DNA of 63,369 nucleotides, counting the filler, from an uncultured Methanosarcinales archaeon (GTDB lineage: Archaea; Nanobdellota; Nanobdellia; Woesearchaeales; CAIVOO01), in assembly GCA_964485195.1 (NCBI GenBank). It is 3 parts of 3 records of this genome, joined end to end, with 100 filler letters (N's around TTAATTAATTAA, not from the genome) between each part and the next. Parts side by side here need not be neighbours in the genome. Positions count along the whole stretch, not along the records: positions 1 to 31,454 come from CAZAIK010000005.1; 2 more parts are not named here. One strand, written 5' to 3'. Every line of letters starts with the position of its first letter. Positions within the stretch are counted from its first letter, which is position 1. Shown here in pieces: positions 1 through 8,071 of the stretch. The notes beneath the pieces are model-generated. The model was not told the origin of the DNA, ran no database searches, and saw only the letters and a program-made list of their open reading frames with translations. Made by a program: the position numbers and the translations under genes.

Positions 1-383
1 GTGCTTAAGGATTCAAAAAAATCCGCATATCCCCTGTAGAATCTCTGGAGATGCGGGGAATTCTCCCTCTCCTCGCTGAAGTGCATCAGGGCATATCCAA
101 TTGCCCTGCCCAAAAACCATTTCTCATCCATTCCAAGAAAACCTGAAAAAAGGTACTTCAGGAAGTCATCCTCAACCTTTGAGTAATTCCACGGCGTGAC
201 CTCAACCAAGGGATTCTCAGGCTTTGTTTTTTCCGCTATTTTCAGAAGGTTTATGAAGTGAAAGGATGCTATTGTCTCTTCCCCTCCCTCAAGATTGTCA
301 GGTATTATCCTGGAATCGTCAGCAGCTCCTCTCAGCCTTAGCAGGTGGCTTACAAAATTCCCTGGAGTCTGTTCAGCATACAT
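1..383 (-). CDS. Hypothetical protein, 3'-truncated at the window edge
   Basis: Not in the ORF track. ATG at 383 (minus) opens MYAEQTPGNFVSHLLRLRGAADDSRIIPDNLEGG..., with no stop seen before position 1. Confidence 0.6.
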   Translation of the reverse strand, partial: MYAEQTPGNFVSHLLRLRGAADDSRIIPDNLEGGEETIASFHFINLLKIAEKTKPENPLVEVTPWNYSKVEDDFLKYLFSGFLGMDEKWFLGRAIGYALMHFSEERENSPHLQRFYRGYADFFESLS

Positions 384-441
384 AAAACGTGACTAGTCAA
401 TAGAAATATATAAAACTTTCTTAATTAACCACTGAAAAGTG

Positions 442-987
442 CTAAATGAATATTTCCTTTCCTGTTTTGGTGTCCACTATCTCAATGGAACACGCACAGG
501 GAAACTTGTAGGACTGCCTTTTGACAGCAAGCTTGCCCGCCTTTAGCCCATTCTCATCCACGTAGAGCTCGTAAATGGGCTGTCCCTTCCTTACCTGCGC
601 AGCAGAGCTTACCCTCTTCCCGAAGGAATTGGCCATTCCAGTGCTCATCCTGTCTGCGCCTGCTCCCTTTGCCAGCGGGTTTTCCCTGAGCACGTGATGG
701 GGATAAACCCTCATCTTGAGAAAATAATTGCCCTTTCCAACCTCCCTTTCCATATGCTTGTTGGCAGTGAGCCTTGCAGCCTCAAGAGCGTTGTGCCTTA
801 CCTGGACACTTTCGTTTGCCTTTACCAGCAGCCTGTACCTGAACACCCTCCTGGGGTCCCCTGTCTGGAACCTCTGGATTCTCGAGGAGGGATACACCTT
901 TATGAAGTTCTTTTTGGAGTACTTTGACTTCCTTGTGTAGGGCCTTTCTGTTCTCCTGTAGCATATGAATTTCCTTAATCTTGCCAT
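442..987 (-). CDS. rpl10e: 50S ribosomal protein L10e/uL16
   Basis: MARLRKFICYRR start; EAARLTANK, RVYPHHVLREN and GADRMSTGM...FGK are archaeal L10e signatures. Confidence 0.95.
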   Translation of the reverse strand: MARLRKFICYRRTERPYTRKSKYSKKNFIKVYPSSRIQRFQTGDPRRVFRYRLLVKANESVQVRHNALEAARLTANKHMEREVGKGNYFLKMRVYPHHVLRENPLAKGAGADRMSTGMANSFGKRVSSAAQVRKGQPIYELYVDENGLKAGKLAVKRQSYKFPCACSIEIVDTKTGKEIFI

Positions 988-1105
988 TTTAACAGGCTTA
1001 ATCAAAGTTGTTTTTAAAGCTTTCCCATAAAAAGTAGAAAGATTTATAAATAAATTTTAATATGTTGTGATTATAGAATTTCAAACAAGAAATGAGGTGT
1101 TTAAT

Positions 1106-1663
1106 ATGAGAAAAAGGGGAGGAATGCAACTTTCTATCAATGCTATTGTTATTTTGATTATCGCTATGGTCGTTCTTGGAATAGGAATCCTGTTCATCCG
1201 CGGATTGTTCGGAAAATCAGCTGAAAGGCTGACAACAGCAATCTCAGCGCAGGACATACAAAACCCTGCAACACCTGACAGGCCATTGGTGGCTGACAAG
1301 GAAGTATTGCTGCCAAAGTCCAACCCTACCAAGACAGCTACGATGAGTGTGTATAATGTTGCCCAAAACGCGGTGGAAGATGTAACTGTTAATATGAGCG
1401 ACTGTGTGGCAGGACAGAGCACTGTGGAGAGTAATGCAGGCATTCCTTATTACAGCCTGAAAACCGCTCCCCAAGACATACCCAGCAATGCTTATGTTGG
1501 TTATCAGGCAGTCGCTGTTTTTGACGATGAAGGAGATGACAATCCAGGCCTGCAGCTGAGCCAGGGAGACACTATTGTCTGCAAGCTTGAAGCCCAAGAG
1601 GGCTCATCTAGTGAGTGGACAACAAACCCGTCAACAACAATAGTATTCCCGGTGACGTCATAA
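1106..1663 (+). CDS. Class III signal peptide (type IV pilin-like) protein
   Basis: MRKRGG/MQLSINAIVILIIAMVVLGIG gives a basic leader, Gly cleavage site and hydrophobic helix, followed by a beta-rich domain with a Cys pair. AGGTG SD-like sequence upstream. Confidence 0.7.
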   Translation: MRKRGGMQLSINAIVILIIAMVVLGIGILFIRGLFGKSAERLTTAISAQDIQNPATPDRPLVADKEVLLPKSNPTKTATMSVYNVAQNAVEDVTVNMSDCVAGQSTVESNAGIPYYSLKTAPQDIPSNAYVGYQAVAVFDDEGDDNPGLQLSQGDTIVCKLEAQEGSSSEWTTNPSTTIVFPVTS

Positions 1664-1896
1664 TGGCAAAGGCAAAGAAAAAACTGACTCCTGAGCAGGA
1701 GTTTGAAATGATGAAGATGGTGTTTGACAAGCTGCTGTGGATAGGTGTTGTGATAATACTTTACGGCGGGTATCAGATGGCAGTGAAGGCGGACGTGCTT
1801 GATTCCCTCTTGTTTCTCGCAGCAGGGATAGTGATTTTCATCATCTTCATAGTTCTGCTGATAAAGGATTATGAATGGGCCAAAAGGCCCCAATGA
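1663..1896 (+). CDS. Small two-TM membrane protein
   Basis: ATG overlaps the upstream TAA (TAATG); two hydrophobic helices. Confidence 0.75.
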   Translation: MAKAKKKLTPEQEFEMMKMVFDKLLWIGVVIILYGGYQMAVKADVLDSLLFLAAGIVIFIIFIVLLIKDYEWAKRPQ

Positions 1897-1961
1897 TTTT
1901 TTTCTTTTTATGTTATAACCTATTTCTTGGTTTTAGAGCCTGTTCGTGCTCAGCAAAAAGA

Positions 1962-2059
1962 GGTTAAGTCAATTTAATGGTAGTGAATGAGGCACTGCGC
2001 TCCGTGCTAATGAGGGATAATAGTTTAGCCTATTCCAGAAACACAGCAATGGCTTAACC
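1962..2059. repeat. Dispersed palindromic element family 1, copy A
   Basis: Bounded by GGTTAAGTCA and TGGCTTAACC. First 69 nt align without gaps to 11463-11531 (51/69 identical by hand count). Confidence 0.8.
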
Positions 2060-2104
2060 GCAAAAAAGAAAAACTTAAAAACAAAATAACTGTTAAGGAG
2101 GATA

Positions 2105-2749
2105 ATGAAGCCGGCATATGTCATCAACTTCAAGACCTACAGGCAGGCCACTGGAGCAGGGGCGCTAAGGCTTGCAAAAATATGTGACAGGATTGCCGGG
2201 CAAAAAAAGGCAAGCATCATGTTGTGCGTCCAGCCTGCAGACATTTATCTTTCCCAGAAGGTTTCTGTTCCTGTATTCGCCCAGCACGTTGACCCTGCAG
2301 AGCAGGGCCAGACAACAGGGTTCATAACCCCTGAATCTGTGAAGGCAGGGGGAGCCAAGGGAACCTTGCTAAACCATTCTGAGCACAAGCTTCCTTTTGA
2401 AAAACTGAAAAAAGCTGTTCAGCTATGCAAAGAAAACAATCTCAAGATAATACTCTGCGCCAACACCCCTGCAGAGGCCCGGAAGCTTAAAGTCCTGAAG
2501 CCGGACTACATTGCTGTGGAGCCTCCTGCTCTAATAGGAGGAAAGCGCTCTGTTTCCGAGGCAAAGCCTGAAGTCATAACCGACACGACAAAGTACGTGA
2601 AGAAAATCCCTGTGCTTTGCGGGGCAGGAATACACAAAAAAGAGGATGTTGAAAAATCCCTGGAACTGGGAGCAAAGGGGATTCTTGTTGCATCTGCAGT
2701 TGTCAAAGCAGGCAATCCCGGAAAGAAACTCAAGGAACTGATTGTCTAG
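2105..2749 (+). CDS. tpiA: Triosephosphate isomerase, archaeal type
   Basis: INFKTY, AQH, LLNHSE, AVEPPALIG, LCGAGI and GILVAS motifs. Confidence 0.95.
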   Translation: MKPAYVINFKTYRQATGAGALRLAKICDRIAGQKKASIMLCVQPADIYLSQKVSVPVFAQHVDPAEQGQTTGFITPESVKAGGAKGTLLNHSEHKLPFEKLKKAVQLCKENNLKIILCANTPAEARKLKVLKPDYIAVEPPALIGGKRSVSEAKPEVITDTTKYVKKIPVLCGAGIHKKEDVEKSLELGAKGILVASAVVKAGNPGKKLKELIV

Positions 2750-3939
2750 CGCGAGGTGACATAGACTTTCTGGATATCGCCATATTGTGTCTGAGTTCCT
2801 TGACCAGCAGGAGGGTACTTAACGTCAAAGCTCAGTATATAAGTTCCCCTGTAAGCACCTGCATTCCTTATTGACACTGCCTGAATCTCGTCTTCATTGG
2901 GCTTGAGGCTTATTCCTGCCTGCAGGTAAACAACAGTTATGTCGTCGCACTGATTGCCCGTACCTTCTTCTCCCACATACTTGCAGGAGTGGTTTATCTG
3001 GAATGTCCTCTCGAATCCTGTGTTCAGGATTCCAATTCCTATTGATTCACTTTCCCCCCTTCTGAGTTCCAGCTGCGTGGGATAAACAGCGACCTTGTTG
3101 CCCTGGCTTATCACTAAATTTTCAATTTCCCTTCTGGTGTTCTCGTCAACCTGCCTCTTGTATTCCTCTGCCTTGCCGAAAAACCTGAAGGCGAAGGTCA
3201 TTGCGAATATGAAAACAACCAGGGAAATTATGAGGATTACGAAGAAATTGATTCCAACTTCTATGCCTTTCTTTTTCATACCACTCTTTTTTTGTTTTTT
3301 CTTTTTAAACCTTTTCATAAATCTTATTTCATTCCTGTAAATAACCAGGAGGGACAATGCCAGGAGGGCGAAGCCGACAATCAACCTTGCAATGATGAAA
3401 TGAACAAAGAAGTCGGCAAAAAACTGCTGAGGGAATAAAGTAATCAGGATAGAGCCCTCTGGAAGAAGCCAGTAGTCATTTGAGAAGAAGATGTTGTGAA
3501 AAGTAGCGAAGGATTTGCTGAAGAACAACCCCGACAGGGAAAGCAGGGAAGAGACAATTATTGTTATTATTGAGCCCAGGAAAACTGTCTTTATCAGCCT
3601 TTCCCCAAGGAGAAACTGCACTGCCAGCAAGGCGATAAAAGCTATTGAAACTATGAAAAGAAGAAGTATTTCCTTCTGGAAAAGTTCCTTTACATCGGAG
3701 AGATGAATCATTTCCCGTTCAGAGTACTCCTCCTGAAAAAGAAGCTGCTCATTTTTGTCAAGAAAATAAAGCATCAAATCCTCAGCCATCAAGTCGGCTT
3801 CAGGGATTTTTTCATAGACATTGTTCTTTTCAAACTCTCCCCTATAGAAATTCTCATTAAATGAGTAATAATTAAACACCATCAAAGATATGAGAAAGCA
3901 GAGCAAAAATGAGTTGGCCCAGAGAATTACTTTGCTCAT
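2746..3939 (-). CDS. DUF1461/TIGR01906-like membrane protein in frame with a class III signal-peptide protein (second start about 3279)
   Basis: E..HL.DVK and FHNIFF..DYWL...LI.LFPQQFF motifs in the N half; MKKKG/IEVGINFFVILII pilin-like leader in the C half. Confidence 0.65.
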   Translation of the reverse strand: MSKVILWANSFLLCFLISLMVFNYYSFNENFYRGEFEKNNVYEKIPEADLMAEDLMLYFLDKNEQLLFQEEYSEREMIHLSDVKELFQKEILLLFIVSIAFIALLAVQFLLGERLIKTVFLGSIITIIVSSLLSLSGLFFSKSFATFHNIFFSNDYWLLPEGSILITLFPQQFFADFFVHFIIARLIVGFALLALSLLVIYRNEIRFMKRFKKKKQKKSGMKKKGIEVGINFFVILIISLVVFIFAMTFAFRFFGKAEEYKRQVDENTRREIENLVISQGNKVAVYPTQLELRRGESESIGIGILNTGFERTFQINHSCKYVGEEGTGNQCDDITVVYLQAGISLKPNEDEIQAVSIRNAGAYRGTYILSFDVKYPPAGQGTQTQYGDIQKVYVTSR

Positions 3940-3940
3940 T

Positions 3941-4255
3941 TTAGCCATATTTCCTGACAAAATATTCCACTGTCTCCCTCACAAGCCTTTTTGTCACTGC
4001 TGTTATCCTCGCCACTGGGACTCCTTCAACAAAAATAATTATGGTTGGTATTTTTGAAACATTATACCTGCTTGCCAGCAGGGAATTGGCGTTTATGTCC
4101 GAGACTATGAAGGTGGCTTCCCTGAATTCCTCTGAAAGCTCCCTGAACTGCTTTTCAAAAGCCCTTGAGTTCACATTCCAGAGGGAGGCGAATTTCACTA
4201 CAGAAATGCCTGTCTTTATATCCTGCTCAAAGCTCTTGTCGTTGAGTAGGCCCAT
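3941..4255 (-). CDS. Thioredoxin-fold protein lacking CxxC
   Basis: VVKFASLWNVNS at the active-site position; YNVSKIPTIIIF cis-Pro motif. Confidence 0.75.
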   Translation of the reverse strand: MGLLNDKSFEQDIKTGISVVKFASLWNVNSRAFEKQFRELSEEFREATFIVSDINANSLLASRYNVSKIPTIIIFVEGVPVARITAVTKRLVRETVEYFVRKYG

Positions 4256-4296
4256 ATCCAGGCAAATGCGAATAAAGTTTAAAAAATTATAGCTTT

Positions 4297-5487
4297 TCAG
4301 CCCTCGCGGACCAGAATATTCAGTCCGTCCTTGTCCAAAGCCAAGGATATGTCAACCAGCCCGTCATTATTGACATCCACTGCTTTAATGTCGTGCACGT
4401 ATCTCGGCTCAAGAATTGCTGATTTCTCAAAGCTGAAATCCCCGTGATTAAGGTAGATGTAGCTTTGCTGATTGTAATTCCCTATAATCACATCCAAAAG
4501 CCCGTCGTCATTGAAATCCGCCAAGTCAAGGGAGTATGTTCTTGAAGAGCCCAGCGCAGGAGTTCTTGTAAACTGAAAATTTCCGTTATTCACGAACACA
4601 AAATTGCGCTCCTCGTTGCTGGCCTGGTTGTTGTTGCCCACAATAACATCAGCCCACCCGTCGTTGTTAAGGTCCTCGCATACAACGGATGTTGTATGAT
4701 CACCTTCCCCGAATTGGGGGGATATTGAGAAGGTGTTGTCCGCATTGTTGACCAGCAGGTAGTTGCTCTGGGTGTCTGTTCCCATTATTATGTCAGCCCA
4801 CCCGTCGTTGTCCGCGTCGCAGGAATCAAGCGAAGTGATGTGATGGCTTGTCTTTATCATCTTTCCGGAAAAACCCCCTTCCCTGTCATTGATGTACAAA
4901 TAGCTCGGCTCGCTGTCGTGCCCCACGAAAACATCAGGAAACCCGTCGTTGTTGAAGTCGTCAACAACCATCGCCCTTGCATATCCTTTTTTGAAAACCG
5001 CCCTTTCCGTGAATGTGTTGTCATTGTTATTGATGTACAACGCGCTTTGATGGTTGTATCTTAAAACTATCAAGTCCTCAAACCCGTCCTTGTCCTGGTC
5101 TGTCCATTTAATGTCCACGGAATATCCTGTTCCAAACTGGGGATTTCTTTCAAAGGAGCCGTCCCTGTTGATGAAAAGATAGTTCTGCCTATTATAATTA
5201 GCTATTGCCAGGTCAGCAAGCCCGTCATTGTCAAAATCCGCCCAGTCAAGCTTGTAGACGTGCCCTTCAGAATAGGGTTTTATTTCCCTGAATGAAAACT
5301 CGGGAAGCGGTATGCCCGCTGTTTCCTCGTCCGGCCCTGCAGCCGGTTCCTCAACCTCTTCAGGCTCCTGGACCGGGACTTCAATGGCTTGCGTTCTTTG
5401 CCCAAGATAGTAATAAGCGAATGAAGCGGCAATGAGAACAATGACAAGGAATACTAGAAACAGTATCCTGATTTTCGCCTTTTTCAT
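4297..5487 (-). CDS. Membrane-anchored FG-GAP/VCBS repeat (beta-propeller) protein
   Basis: N-terminal TM, acidic linker and about seven D-x-N-N-D-G-x-x-D repeats. Confidence 0.85.
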   Translation of the reverse strand: MKKAKIRILFLVFLVIVLIAASFAYYYLGQRTQAIEVPVQEPEEVEEPAAGPDEETAGIPLPEFSFREIKPYSEGHVYKLDWADFDNDGLADLAIANYNRQNYLFINRDGSFERNPQFGTGYSVDIKWTDQDKDGFEDLIVLRYNHQSALYINNNDNTFTERAVFKKGYARAMVVDDFNNDGFPDVFVGHDSEPSYLYINDREGGFSGKMIKTSHHITSLDSCDADNDGWADIIMGTDTQSNYLLVNNADNTFSISPQFGEGDHTTSVVCEDLNNDGWADVIVGNNNQASNEERNFVFVNNGNFQFTRTPALGSSRTYSLDLADFNDDGLLDVIIGNYNQQSYIYLNHGDFSFEKSAILEPRYVHDIKAVDVNNDGLVDISLALDKDGLNILVREG

Positions 5488-5593
5488 AAAAAGAGTATTA
5501 TGCATTTCATATTTAAAGCTTTTTAACAGCGCAGGAAGGATTTTGCCTGAAAGAAATTGATAAATTTATAAATCTTCTTGCCATGGGTAATTT

Positions 5594-8050
5594 ATGGCAG
5601 TCGTTGAGTTTTTTCCAATAGAGGTTAATTACAGGATTTTGAATGGCAAGGCAGTTGTGCACCTTTATGGCAGGACCAGGAATGAAGAGCAGATATGCGT
5701 GCAGGACGAGAATTTCAGGCCTTATTTCTATATCGAGCTCAAGGAAGACTCTGATTCTGAGATCTTCCTGAACAAGGTATCCTCATTGGAAGTGGAGAAA
5801 AATGATGAGAAGGCAGTGGTCACTGGCACGGAATTCGTGGACAAGAAAATCCTGGGAAAAGAGAGGAGCCTGATAAAGGTGTTTGCAAACCTGCCAAACC
5901 TGGTGCCTGCGCTCAGGGAGGAGATAAAGAACATCCCTGAAGTCAGGAGCGTTTACGAGGCCGACATTCCCTTTGTGAGAAGATACCTCATTGACAAGGA
6001 GATTTTTCCCATGACCATAACAAGGGTGGAGGGGGGTTTCATAAATGCCCATTCCAAGGTTCCTGTCCTGAAGGCAAGTGATATCAAGCAGGTGAGCGAG
6101 GAGCATCTTATGAAGCCGAGAATCCTTGCGATTGACATTGAGACATACAATCCCACCCTGAAGATAAATATGCAGAGCAACCCCATAATAATGATTGCCT
6201 TTTACGGCGAGGGCTTCAGGAAAGTCCTGACCTGGAAAAGGTTTGAGACAAAGGAGGATTATGTTGAGTTTGTCGAGGACGAAACAGCCCTCCTTGAAAA
6301 GACCAAAAAAATAATTGAGTCTTTTGCGCCGGACATAATCACGGGATACTTCTCCGACACCTTTGACTGGCCTTACATCAAGGCCAGGGCCGACAAGCTC
6401 AAGGTAAAGATGGACCTGGGGCTGGACCACAGCTTTTTGAAGACCAGTTTGAGAAGCGAGACCACAGAGATAACAGGAATCTGCAACCTGGACATATTCA
6501 AGTTTGTCAGGAGAGTGGTAAGCAGGAAGCTGAAAACAGAGACCTACAAGCTTGACGACGTTGCCAAGGAGATTCTGGGAGAGGGCAAGCACGACGAGGT
6601 GGGAATTGAGAACCTTGCTTCAGACTGGGACAAAAACAGGAACCTGGAAAAGTACTGCAAGTATAATGTTCAGGACGCGAAGATAACTTATGACCTTGCA
6701 AATGTCCTGTTTCCCAATATCGTGGAGCTTGTGAGGATTGTGGGCCTGCCTCCTGCAAGCCTGATACCAATGGGCTTCAGCCAGCTGGTTGAGTGGTACC
6801 TTCTGAGGAAAGCGCCTGAATTCAATGAGGTGGCACCGAACAAGCCAGACCACTACCAGATGCGGGAAAGGCTGGGAAAAACATATACAGGAGCTTTTGT
6901 GTACGAGCCCAAGCCGGGGCTTTACAAGGACATAGTGGTATTTGACTTCAGAAGCCTGTACCCTTCAATAATAGCATCGCACAATATTTCGCCGGCCACT
7001 TTCCGATGCAAGTGCTGCAAAGAAAACCTTGCTCCTGTGGAAAAGGCGGAATACTGGTTCTGCAAGAACAGGAAGGGATTCATACCCAGGATAATAGAGG
7101 ACCTGATTACCAGGAGGATGAGGGTCAAGGAAATAATGAAAAAAAATGAGGATGAGAAAACAAAAAAGCTTCTGGACGCAAGGCAGGAAAGCCTAAAGGT
7201 TCTTTCCAATTCGTTTTACGGCTATCTTGGGTTCTCGGCCGCAAGATGGTACTCCATAGAAAGCGCGCTTTCAGTGACAGCTTACGGAAGGTATTACATT
7301 AAGAATGTTATTTCAAAGGCAGAGGAAAAGGGGTTCAAGGTGCTTTACTCTGATACTGACTCCATTTTCCTATTACTTGACAACAAGAGCAAGGAGGAAA
7401 TCCTGAGGTTCAAGGACGAAATCAACATGGACCTGCCGGGGCTTATGGAGCTGGACTATGAGGGAATGTACCCTTCGGGGCTTTTTGTGTCGGTCAAGGC
7501 AAAGGAATACGGCGCCAAGAAAAAATATGCCCTTCTTTCAGAGCAGGGCTTCATAAAGATAAAGGGATTTGAGACCGTAAGGAGGAACTGGAGCGAAATT
7601 GCGAAGGAAACCCAGGAGAAAGTTCTCAGGATAATACTGGAAAAGAAAGACCCTCAAAAGGCAGCGGAATATGTGAGGGACACCATAAAAAAATTAAGGA
7701 AGAAGGAAATACCCATAAAAAAGGCTGTCATAAGGACCCAGCTGCAGAAAAAAGTAAGCGAGTATGAAAGCATAGGCCCCCACGTTGCAGTGGCCCAGAG
7801 GATAGTTGACGGGGGAGGCGAGGTTTTCCCGGGAATGGTTATAAAATGGGTGGTTGTTGCAGGCACTGGAAGGGTAAGGGACAAGGCAAAACACCTGGAA
7901 GAACTAAAGGAAAATGAAACCTATGATGCTGACTATTACATAGAGCACCAGGTAGTCCCGGCTGTGGAAGGGATATTCACGATTCTGGGGTATTCCAGAG
8001 AAGATCTCATATCAGACAAGAAACAGTCAAGCCTTGATGGGTTTATGTAG
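5594..8050 (+). CDS. polB: Family B DNA polymerase (PolB3-like)
   Basis: ExoI DIETY; polymerase motifs DFRSLYPS, K..SNSFYG, YSDTDS and KKKYA. Confidence 0.95.
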   Translation: MAVVEFFPIEVNYRILNGKAVVHLYGRTRNEEQICVQDENFRPYFYIELKEDSDSEIFLNKVSSLEVEKNDEKAVVTGTEFVDKKILGKERSLIKVFANLPNLVPALREEIKNIPEVRSVYEADIPFVRRYLIDKEIFPMTITRVEGGFINAHSKVPVLKASDIKQVSEEHLMKPRILAIDIETYNPTLKINMQSNPIIMIAFYGEGFRKVLTWKRFETKEDYVEFVEDETALLEKTKKIIESFAPDIITGYFSDTFDWPYIKARADKLKVKMDLGLDHSFLKTSLRSETTEITGICNLDIFKFVRRVVSRKLKTETYKLDDVAKEILGEGKHDEVGIENLASDWDKNRNLEKYCKYNVQDAKITYDLANVLFPNIVELVRIVGLPPASLIPMGFSQLVEWYLLRKAPEFNEVAPNKPDHYQMRERLGKTYTGAFVYEPKPGLYKDIVVFDFRSLYPSIIASHNISPATFRCKCCKENLAPVEKAEYWFCKNRKGFIPRIIEDLITRRMRVKEIMKKNEDEKTKKLLDARQESLKVLSNSFYGYLGFSAARWYSIESALSVTAYGRYYIKNVISKAEEKGFKVLYSDTDSIFLLLDNKSKEEILRFKDEINMDLPGLMELDYEGMYPSGLFVSVKAKEYGAKKKYALLSEQGFIKIKGFETVRRNWSEIAKETQEKVLRIILEKKDPQKAAEYVRDTIKKLRKKEIPIKKAVIRTQLQKKVSEYESIGPHVAVAQRIVDGGGEVFPGMVIKWVVVAGTGRVRDKAKHLEELKENETYDADYYIEHQVVPAVEGIFTILGYSREDLISDKKQSSLDGFM

Positions 8051-8071
8051 CCGGATTTGCGTTCTCTTAAT

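Noticed and set aside
1929..1940. GTTTTAGAGC, resembling the start of type II-A CRISPR repeats
   Set aside because: Single occurrence with no repeat-spacer periodicity and no cas genes. No CRISPR array was seen in the window.
7000..7080. CKCC...C insertion in PolB
   Set aside because: A Cys-containing loop after motif A is common in archaeal PolB3, so it is not treated as novel.
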